NCBI GenBank assembly: GCA_965285935.1
Contig: OZ260662.1
Span: 70,742,001 to 70,806,000 of the forward strand
Length of the DNA stretch: 64,000 nucleotides
Source: Ophelia neglecta
Taxonomy: Eukaryota
Reading direction: 5' to 3'
Shown here: in pieces, positions 40,401 through 52,400 of the stretch
How positions within the stretch are numbered: the stretch's first letter is position 1
Layout: each line of letters opens with the position of its first letter
Made by a program: the position numbers and the translations under genes
The notes under the pieces: generated by a model
Told to the model about the DNA's origin: nothing
The model's input: only the letters and a program-made list of their open reading frames with translations
Databases searched by the model: none

Positions 40401-43400
40401 NNNNNNNNNNNNNNNNNNNNNNNNNNNNNNNNNNNNNNNNNNNNNNNNNNNNNNNNNNNNNNNNNNNNNNNNNNNNNNNNNNNNNNNNNNNNNNNNNNNN
40501 NNNNNNNNNNNNNNNNNNNNNNNNNNNNNNNNNNNNNNNNNNNNNNNNNNNNNNNNNNNNNNNNNNNNNNNNNCTGACAAAAATCAATGTTCATAGTTGA
40601 CTATGGCAATCCAGTGCAACTTCTTAAAGTGGGTGAATAATAGTAGTTTTAATAACATGGAAGTAGTATTGGTGAACTTATTTATCTCTATCTGAATCTT
40701 TATCTCTAACGCCATGGTTGTAAGTAGTTGGCTGCATTGCATTGAGCCTGTTGAATGTGACCACGACTAATCAAATATGATCACATACACATGATATAGA
40801 CACAAGTCAGAAGCAAATGAGCCATTACACCTTTTAATGTACAATAATGTCTTCAGTACACAGTGCAATTCACTGTGATTAAGATTGAATAAAAGGCTTT
40901 ATTGTTAGTCTTTTTTTTTTAATTATCTTGGAAAGTCTACATGTATCAATACCTTAGATGGACTATTAGGTTTATTGATTGTACTTTGATCATTATACAC
41001 CTCATTGAAGCGCCAGCTAATGAATGGCAAAGGCTGTCTGGACTATTGTGTACCTGACAGGCTGTTGAAAAACATCTTGTGTCATCCTTTGTATCACACA
41101 CAGCTATTTGGTATACATGTAAAGCCACAATATAAATATACATGTATAGTATGGATGGGGTGTTGAATTTTAAATATGATATTCACTCTATCCTGACAGT
41201 GCCAAGATTCTGTTAATTACTATTCAAGCTTCCTAACATTTTTTAGTTTTGACAATTACTAAACATAGGCATGTATATGGTTTACCCTAGGCATGTATTT
41301 TGGCTGAATAAAACATGCATAGGTCTGACTTTGAATGAAAGAAAATGGCTAAAATGAATGAAGGTCAATATTTTTTACTTTGCATTAGGCTGCCATATTG
41401 TGTGAATTGAGCCGGAGATAGTAGACAGGCTGCCTGTTAGTTTTTCCATTTGCGTAGCAGCGGGAGTTGCTACCTGGCACAATTAGGGGCTGAGAGAGGC
41501 GACAGGGGGACTCTCCAGTTGGATATTGAAGGTACTTGTAAGGAATGGCCTGACAATCACACTGGCGACAAAGCTCTACCTAGCCTAATCTGACCGGTGT
41601 GTCACTGCCAAGCTGCAGTGCCCGAATAAAAAGGGGACTTCATACAGGTGGTTTTGTGGGAAATTACCTGCCCTCTTTCAGCTGTCCCCACAGGCATTGC
41701 TGCTTCCTCTCTGAAATGATACTGGCAATGTAATTGCAGCAAATTGTCCTTCACAATGTGCGTGTGCCCAATTAGTTGAATTTGTTTCCTGGGCCCATCA
41801 TTACACTGCACATGGAGGGTGCTTTTCCCAAGTGCATGGGATTAGAACTGATTACAAATAAATAGGCTCGCCAAGACTCTTCCACACTCCTAGACTAGCT
41901 ATAAATCCAGAGTCTTGGAGCCTATCTGATTCAAAAGAAACTCTGAACATGAATTCCTAAGTCTACTTTGCTGTCATTCTGTCAACCATGATGGCAGCAT
42001 TGTACTTGTAGTACATGCACAAAGTAGACATTCCTGACTTTGTCTGTATCAAGACAATGTTGCTGCTCGCAATCCATGTTTGTCCATTACCTATGCTCAC
42101 CCTTGGGGCCTGAAACATGTTTAGGTAGCATTCCAATCTACCTGTCGGTAAAAGCCGCTCTTCCTTAACCTCTCCCATGTCCATTGCAATAGGGAATTTT
42201 GCCGATGGGTTCTCAGGTTTCCATGGTGATCACTGCTGAACCTTTGAGAGAATAATGTCATTTTATAAAATGTTTTTGTCGCTCAATCTCTAGTTACCCC
42301 GGAAGCAAAAAAAGGGTGGTGGTTTGTTCTTTAGCTTAATGCTTTTTCCTTACTTGCAGTCCTATCCATGTCAGTGAAATATCAGGATTTGTTTTTCAGA
42401 GCTAATACTTTGAATTGTTTGAAGGGAAGATTCTGAAAAATAATATCAGTGTCTGATTATTTAGAGAAGAATGCTTATATAGGTTATTTTTTCTTTGGTT
42501 CTTCTTACAAGAAAATAAAATAAATGAAAAAAAACTATCTTATAGGGTTTAAACATGTTTTATTTTTGCCTACTACATAAATTACAAGTTGTCTCTTAAT
42601 AATGTGATATTTCACATTTTGACTGGATTTGTCATTCCAATTCTTCATACGAGAAGCCTTTCAGTCTGATATTTCCAAATGAAATTACATTTTTGTAATG
42701 GACGTGTAACCCTAGCCATGTCATCCTGTAATTAAACCACATCTCAGTGGATTACCATGGACAGCATTTGCCATGGCACCTCCTACCCTCATTTCCTGTC
42801 AATGTCCATGTTTTGGTGGTTGGCTGATAGCATTGTGACTGTCACCAGGTGCAGCCTCCTCAAGCTTCATCTGCCAACTCCTCATCAGCCACTGCTAGCA
42901 GATAATTTTATTTTCTGAGAGGTTCTAGATTAGGTGAACAGCAGTGTAATGAAAAGAAAACTTGATTATGATTAATTACACATGGGAATTTATATTTTAT
43001 TTATTATATATATATTTTAGGAGTTGAAAAAAAATACTGATAATCAGTGCAACAACATGGCAAATTTGTATAAGGTATTTTGGACATTGCTATACAAGTG
43101 AAATTTTTTTATCAATCTTGAGTTTTACCAAGAAATAAATAAGAATAAATAGATAAGAATACTGCCGTAAAAATAAGCGTATCATCTGTCCTGTGATGAT
43201 GGAACATGCCATAATTAGCATTTTCAGTCTGACCTAATTGGCAAAATTTATTTTTTCTCCTTCCAAGCATTTGGTATCATCATGGAAATCCATATTCCTT
43301 GAGGGAAAATCATCTAGGCATTGATTACAACTCATGCTTATGTTTGCAGTATGCTGTACAATATCCTATAATTTCATTAATGCATGACATTTTGCAGGAA

Positions 43401-46400
43401 CTAGTTTCTGATGAACAGTGGTATAAATTAGTGCTTAACAGGATTATACAATAGTTAAATACAAATAACTCCTTTTCTATAATAAAGCAGAAGTATTGTG
43501 TTCCCTCTTTAGTATTAAATTTATATTGCAACTGATAATGCAAGTTAATTGTACTTTGATGCTTTTCTTTTCAGATCGCTTATTTGGGAATTGCCAGAAA
43601 GCTAATGATGTGAAAGATTTCTACCAATATCGCCTAAACCATGACCAGCTTAAGAGGTTGGAGGGTGAGATCACCCGTCTGCTGGGGGAAGGCTTTACCT
43701 GGGACAACCTCTATACCCAGTGTACCTTAGGAAACATGCTGCTAGCCTTCCGTTCAGGTTACCAACCTGACCCCAACTTCTGTGACAACAGAAGCATAGC
43801 CAAAGAGCAGCAGATTAGCAAGGAGCTGGTGGATGACACCCTAAAGCTCCTAGAAAAATACTTTGTTGATTACTATGATGACCTCATTGTTCCCAAAATT
43901 CCCCAGCAAGGGTTGTTGCTTGATGAAAACTCCGTGCCTGTTGATGGCAGTTATCCACCGCAGTCTTCAGAGTTGGACTCATACAGGGACAGCTCTGATT
44001 TTTCTGGACCTTTTGAAAAGAAGGACGAGTTTGTCAATGTACACAAATACCTGAAAAGTCATAAGAGGGACCCCTTTGACTCGGGAAGCCTTGAAGAGCT
44101 CGATGATCAAGGAGATTATTTGTATGATTATGATTTTGGCTCCAAGCTTGATAATCTAACACCACAAGCAATTGATCTTTTAAAGTCATTTCTGGGTAAA
44201 AATCCTGACTACCCAGTCTCTGATGATGATAAATCTGACAAAGGAAATGAGGATTTCAGTGAGGATATTCCTCTTACCATGGATAATAACCAGAGTGTTG
44301 ACCAAGAGATGGCACCACAATTTGCTGCCAAGAGCTGGGAAGGGTCAGACAGCCCAGACATCCCTGTTCCAAGTGGTATGTATATGTATATGACTCAATG
44401 TTTACATGTGCGCTGATATTTTATTATCCTTCCCTTTTGGTGTATATATAAACTGCTGCATATTGTCTCATATCAGTCTCAATATATTTTAAATATATAA
44501 TTTAATTGCTAAGGCTTAAAAAGGCACTTTAGCCCCCCTGTGAGAAATTTTGTGATGCGAGTGGCCAGTATTTATTTTATTTTCATATCCTTTTCATCAA
44601 TCACTGCTAAGATTTACAGTTGGTCTGAGAGACTAACTGTAGCTATAAAAAAAACAGAAATAGCTGAACACATTTTCCTATGTAGGCTCTGACAGTCACA
44701 GTATCTACATGTATGGTGTTAAACCACTGATACCCAGATGTAAAAAATTCTCATAAATCTATGCTGAAATGCTCATCATGTATAAATTATGATGGAGTAA
44801 GATAAGCTATCTCTCTGGTGTCTCCATTACATATTGGGTGTTTTTTCCTCGTCAAATTTCTGCGGGCTGACAGTCGAAAAAATAAGGTCATAGTTGACCA
44901 GGTCATAGTTCACCAGGAATGCTTAGTAGACAATTTACTACCGCTTGAAAAAACTAGTTTTAAATCTACTGATGGACACAATGTTTTGGATGAAATAATC
45001 TATCTTTAATCGACTTTAGCCTCTGCGATGCAGCGATTATGCTGGCGCAGCTTGTATTTTTTAACTATTTGTATGCCGAACATTGTTTGCTTAATATATT
45101 CATATGTGAGCAGGTCAGGGCAGGTCATGGTTGGTGTAACACGCAGCCGGCATACATACATCTGACATGTAGTGTACAATACATACCATGCCCTATTGGC
45201 TCCATTACATAATTTGACCGAAAGTCTTTTACTTGCCCAATTTATGACCAGATGTGGTTTTAATGCATTTGAAAAGTTATAATCAAGCAGTTAATATTAC
45301 AAAAGTAGCTATTATGTTAAATAATGTATGATCCCTCCTACCCTAGTTTAGTTTGTGGTAAACAGGCAAAATGGCAGAAGCTTGGAAATGGGGTGGGGAT
45401 CTAGATAGTCAGCATTTGCTTGTTTATTAACAGTTATGATACTTTCAGCGACCTCAAAGACGAGGGCTTTGTAAATAAATTAATGGGGTATCCATGGGTG
45501 GTAAAGGCTAGATAATATACCTGCTACTAATAACTTTATAATCATATCCATATAGCTTTTACTTTACTAATATCATGGTGGCACTGTTGCAATATGGTTG
45601 TTATAGAAGAAAGGACTTGTTTAAGTCACTTCATATATTTTAAAATGCGCATGCGTCGTTCGACCTATTAAGGTTAGTCCCAACATCCCCTCAGTTACTC
45701 TAGTGAAACAGTAGTTTTGTGACAAGAAACTAAAATGCTAACCATTGACTATGCCCTTGACTTTAGTGAGAGATTTCACAGGGGCTTTGCCAAAGCACCT
45801 ATGTGTCTCATTAATTTTTCAGTAATAATGCAGTTCATACTTTAATAGCTTGAGAATGACAATAAAAAGAGCATTGCTTCATTCAAGTCCCTAAAGTCTG
45901 GTATTGATTTTGACTGGACAGTGACCAATATGCCACATAGAGGGATGTTTGCTTGTGTATGGAGTTTCTCTATACTATCGTCACCAGCATAGAGTGAAGA
46001 TTCCTTGTGTGAACATTGATGGATAAAATGACATTTTGAGTTGCTAATAATCATCATGAAATATCATCCAATAAGTAGATTTGTATATGAAACTGGTAAT
46101 TAAAATTGGAAATTTTGTCAGACAATCTTCCTGCACACTTCTATTTGAACAAAGAATACTGACATGCACCTCAAGGGGCGCACATCCTGGGGAGAACCTA
46201 AAGTGTCTTTTTTAAAGCCTACACTTATCAATAGATATATTTGGTTTCATTTGAAATAAAATATGTTCACAAACAATGACAAAGAAATACATACCCACAT
46301 TTGAGAAGTTAGTTCTTTATTATATTGAATAACATATTTTATGCATAAACTGAAGCCCATCATAATCATCTCAACTTGTAACAAAATAATAACCTTGTAA

Positions 46401-49400
46401 ATAAAGTACAGAGATCAGCCCTATTGGACATGAACATGTTATTAGCAGGTAAAATAGGTGTAAAACATAGAGAATTAATTGACACATACATGTATGTCTG
46501 ATGTTTTTAGCATACAATTAAGTACTAATATTCTTGATAGGTTAAAAGGCCAAAAAATGAAGAGGTAAATATGGTTGAGGTTATTTTTATCAATATCAGG
46601 ATTTGGGAAACAGTAGAGTGGTACTGGTTTAAGGCCCTTGATATAAACGTGATAGCTCCAGATGTTAGTTTTCATGAGTTTTTGGTGATGGTACATATAT
46701 TTGCATTGCTTGTTCCTAATTAAGATTAATTTTTAAGACAGAAGCACACAAAAGCATGTTATTCGTTCCCCTATGAATGCCTAAAAAGTGCTGTCGTAGA
46801 GCTGCCTTATTACTCACTGCTGAATATTGGTCTTAATACATTTATGGTGAATCCTCGTCCAAACTGTTAATACCATCAGCCCCAGGAGATTGTCTTTCTC
46901 CTACAATAATTCATGCTCCTGTTCTATCTGGTTTGCTTCCGGCACCAATCTTCTTCTGCTACTATTTTCAACTTGGCTCAATTGTTAAAATTCAGGCCCC
47001 TATATCTCATTAGCCACTGGTACTGGGAAAGCAGAAAGATACGCAATGAGGAAAACTGACACTTTCTCTTGTATTTATACAAAGCCATTCCATTTGGGCA
47101 GTAACTGTAATGGCGAGAATCAGTAGAGAACATTCAACTGGTTCAGATCAGGTGGTGTAGCAGGTAATACTAAATCAGACACCTTGGTAACATGTGGAAC
47201 TTCATCAATCACTTCCTCTTCCTGTTGTTCTCAAAAAAGCTTGCAATATTGGGGTGGTAATGAAATGCTTGCTGTTATTGCCATTGTCCATAGTGACTTA
47301 ATGGCCTCAAAGAGGGTTACCTGAGGTTGGAGAGAGGTGGTTGCTGCTCTTGTCAATAAAGCTTTGTCTGATTCCATCTCCTAGCACAGTTGAGGAGCAT
47401 GAACTATTCTCATCTTCATTATTAAGATCTGTAATCAAATAATGCAATTCACCACAGTATGAATACAAATTTGTCTACATCTATGTAACTTTTAAAAGAA
47501 GAAAACAGCTGGTTAATAGAAGTATAAGTCATATGTAAATGTCACACTACTGATCTTGACTGTAGAATGTGATGATGGATTAATTGTAGAAAGTCAGTTA
47601 ATGTTTTAGCAGTGTTTTCATCCTTCAAAAATAAATCTAAACTTAAGATATATTTTTTAATGCACAACAAAATTTAATTCTAACAGGTATGCAGTTACCA
47701 GTGCCTATTGCAGAGTCTGAGGATAAAGATACAAGTAAGTTTCATACTTGTATAGATTTAAAAGTATTTGAATATTATGGAGGGGGGGGGGGGAGCATGG
47801 GCTGGATCATGCAGAGACAACCCTACCTAGTTTAGAATTGCATTTCACACTTTTGAAACTCTGATGCCGTATAATAAATTGAGCATTGGTTCTTTCCCTA
47901 AGTGTGCACTGATTTTAAAAGTTAGATCAAGGAAGTATTAAAGACTAAGTGATCAGTGGGTAGCAATTTAAAGCAAGCTATTTTATTGAAAGTAAGATGT
48001 TAAGTTTCTGGATCCTTCAGATTTTCTCCTCATTTAATATGCCCTCCCTCCCCCCCCATTGGAGAAGTGGGTACACCTTGCTATGCCCCCACTTGAATAA
48101 CTAATTATGTGATTTTTTCCAGTTCCAGCTTACGTTGCCATGACACCCAAAGACGCAAAGCTACTTGGAGATTTATTGCAAGGTAGATACAATTAAAATT
48201 GCTCTTGTAAGCTTTTTCTTAAACTATTTTGTTCTTTACTTCATTTATTTAGTGTGTAAAAAAAAAGGAATGTAATCTGTTCACAAGATGATGCTCTATA
48301 ATTTTTATGTGCATTCTTTAAGGTTGTTTTCACATACATGTATGAACTGGTGTCTAGTGAAGAACCGTATGTGTTTATAATTCACTGAAAAGTCGTTGAA
48401 GGTCAAAGTGACATATTTATTGCAATAAGAATTTGACTTCATTTTCTAGCCTCTGACACATATAAGTGCCAGTCACTTTTCAGTAAATGCTGAACATGAG
48501 TAGAAGCTCTTTTTTTTCTGTATGGCAATGTTTTGTTTGTAAAAAGGAATTGAAAGATTTCTTTGGTCATTATTTTTAAACCTGATGTAGTCCATTTTGA
48601 CAAGATGTTAATTAAGATATTTTTTTTTCCTGCTCTTTGAAGTTTGCCTGCTCAGAATACATTTAGCAATATTAAAGCACCAGCAATGTCAAAGATTTCT
48701 GGCCAAGACTAGAGAAGCAAAGCAGGAACTTATTACTAGAGCTTGTATCACCAACGTCCGGAGCTCTTTTATAAAGTATTGGATGTTATGGATTTCAATC
48801 GCCAAATAGAAAAAAAATGTTCAACACATACTTATTTCCATAGTCCATCTAGGCTAAATTTTTACCGATAACTGTTCAAGATACAATCTTCATATTAAAT
48901 AGTGGTGCCAGGTCACTTGAAATTGAATTTGGTTCTGATCAGAAAAAAGAATGCCACAGAATTTATCCAGAAAACATCATTAGCGCAATAATATTTAAAC
49001 AACCTTAGGGATTTGCTTGTGGGCAATATACAGTGAGGTGAGGTAAAAACACTAAATGGTCCCACATACTACCATTAATGTGGCAGTGGCATATATGTAA
49101 ACATCAGAGGGCATCAAATTATGGTGTAATAACAAAAAGGGCCCACCAGAGATGATTCATACTGCTGACCAACAGCCACATTTTCTCACCTTCAAGAATC
49201 AATTATTAAATGTAGCTCTATGATTACTGTATAAAAAGGTTTTCCAAATATGTCATTTTCGATCATTTTTGTCTGAAGACTGCATGATTTTTAATGAGCT
49301 AACTAGCGCTGCAAAATCACAACCTTACCCCTATTTATACTGTAGACTAGTCATATGCAGTGCTGTCCCCTGCCAGATTAGGAGCTGAACTAGGCTTAGT

Positions 49401-52400
49401 GATGTCATTTATGACAGGCAGTATTGTTACTCAATTTTTAGGCAATATTAGAGCATCAGAATTGCCTGACAAGGAAATTGAGAGGCTTACTGCATATGTA
49501 GACTCCATGCTGAGAACTATTAGTAGAATGGACAGCCGAGAATTGGATGAAATTGAGCAATACCTGGAATCTGAACAAGGTGATCACCATTTTAAAAACT
49601 AGGGAACATCTAAGTTAGGTTTTTTGTCTCTTAATATTTTTTACATCTTTCTGATTTCCTTCTAAAGCAATACTTTTGTAATCTGAATGCAAGACAATTG
49701 TGTAATGAGTTTTAATCATGAAACTTGTATCTTCTGTTAAGCAGATGTGAAGCTGCCAGAATTACACAAAGCTGTAAAAAAAGAACAAATGTCTTTCGAG
49801 TCCCTGAAAACTCCTGGCAGTGATTCCAAAATCAGTGTTGACATTGCTCCCCAGGAATATGGTACGTTATACTTTGTTTTGGGTGATAATAATTACTTGA
49901 GTGTATTGAAAGAGTTGGACATGTGTAACTGTTGTATACTTTTTCAAGTACAAGTATATCACATTTTACCATATATTTTTGCAGGACCACATTTTATTTC
50001 CCACTTAATTGTTGGTAGCTGTCCAAATATTCTTGTGTCGGTAGTCAACACACTTATTAAAATTCCCTCCTTTTTACCACTTTTGGACATCTAAATGTCT
50101 GATATGAGTTCTGAAAATTTCCACATGGTCAGTATTGACTGCACCCTATGTCCTCTGATTTAAAAAAAAAAATTCCCCCCTTTCTGCCTTTGGTGTAATT
50201 TTTGGCCAATTTACCTAGTCTTTGTTTTCTGATGAACCTTTGAGAATGACATTAAATGAAATCACTTGTACTGTGATGCCAGTAAAGGAAGAAAATGGTG
50301 GGAAAATTGTGAGAATAGCCATAATATATGAAATAAGCCTTCTGCAATGCATAAGTATAGGTCTACTTGGTAGGCTTGATTTGGTGTTGCTGGCTTGCTT
50401 GGTTTGTGCCATTTTCTGCAGCTATTCAAGTTTAGAAATGCACTGATTTTTTCATTTTTTGGCTGCTTTCCTGCATGACAGTGTGCCCACAGCTGCTGGT
50501 ATAATATACCTACAGGCCCCATTGACCCTGTGATATATATATATATATAAGCAGCATGTGGTTAGTACTTTGATCAATCAAACTAATCAATTTTTGTTTG
50601 TACAGGCATTTTTCCAGCCAAAATTATAGCTTTATCATGGCCGCTGTAGTAGATATAGGCTTATAGGTAAATTAAGTATCTGAAACTGTAAATGATTAGG
50701 CTGTATTGAACAGTATGGTTAAGATAAAAATAAAAACATGCTTGCAAAATCAAGGCAAACATAGAATTATTACGAATCAGCTGCCCTTGCCTGTGGTGGT
50801 TCTAGGTAACCAACTTTAATTATTTCACCTAACCCCTTCATAAGGTAAATTGGCTAAAATTTACACCAAGGGCAAATGGGAAAAGTTGTGATTTAAAATG
50901 TCAGTAATTAAAATTTGGTGACATATGAGGGTGTGATCAATTATGATCATGTTCAAATTTTCTGAAGTTGTATAAGCTATTTAGAAGTCCTCAAAAAGAA
51001 AAGGGAGGGGACCTTGGCAAGCGTTCTAACTAGTATTAACGAACAACAAACAGGAAAATTGATTTTTCAAAATTAACACAAATATATAATGTTGTACTCT
51101 CCTCGGTGCTGTGATGCTGAAATGTTGTACTCGGAAAAAAAAGGTTTGCAAACTTAATATGCAGTGCTTAACAACAATCCTTGACACAATATTAACCAAA
51201 TTTGATGCTTGGACTTTCAAATTCGGTTAAGTCCAGTCTCAACATTTCAATGTTATTATTGAAAATATGCTATGGGGTGAAGTTACCCTGTGAAGTGATG
51301 GGTATTAAGAATGCGGTACAGCTGTCCTTGGCATCTTTCTGTACCCATAATATATATAAAAGGATTGCTGAAAATCATAGAACGCTCTTACTTCAACTTA
51401 CTCATGTAGACAATTGAATTTATTGTCAGGAGATCCCTGCTCCCTTTAGGCCACTATTGATTTAATTACTGTACAAGGATTTTCAGACTGAAGTGACACA
51501 ATTAGTGTGAGAAAGGTGATAAATCCTAAACAAAGCAGACTGCCTATTCTAGCTCTCTCAAGTCTAGCCTGTACAAATTTACATCTTTAATGAAAGAATG
51601 CCTGCAAGAGAGAACTGCACACTGCCTTTTTTGTATATACAGATGGATTAGGAAAATATTTGTACTGACATTTCGTTTGTATATTGACCCTTGTATCAGG
51701 AAGGGGTCCCATGTATTTCTGTGCACTGAGGCTGCAATCTGACATTGTTAGCCTCAAAGATATTTAATAAATGTGTTTTTTTTTTCTGGAACACTGTCAC
51801 AAATATTTTGTACACTGTTACAACTGATAGCAGGGAATTTAGAAATTGACTTTTATAACATGTATTATACATTTATTTTTGGGTCCTATTTTCTGATTTA
51901 TATTTCTCCTACCTCTCAGTTGACCGTCTGAAAGATCCACATGACCACCATTTTGATGATGATATGAAACCAATTCCAACATCGAGGCCCAAGTATGACA
52001 GCGTCGCAGCTAATTACGCCTATCTGACTGTCAAACCTAAGTATGTCTGTCTTTATTATAAAGTCACCATACATGTAATGATATTGGAAAATGGTAATTT
52101 TTTGCAAGCAAATCTATCACAGTATAGTAGGGAAGGAGTCCTGAAATTTAAACCTGATGTATGGGCAAAATGTTTTATTGGTATCAATATTTCACATGTC
52201 TATCTTTTCCATTTTAGTACCGATGATCAAGAAGATGCTGTTTTGATTGTTGACACACTGGAAAGTCTTTTAGGGCTGCCTCTTGGGACTTTCTCTGATG
52301 TCAGGTAAACAGAAATTTCCAGTCTGTGAAACTTAAAATTTGTGTACATGCTAATTATGATTAAGGTTCACTTGTGACACCTGGTAATTTTTTAAGATAG

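Noticed and set aside
40296-40594. ORFs spanning the N run
   Set aside because: Artefacts of the assembly gap.
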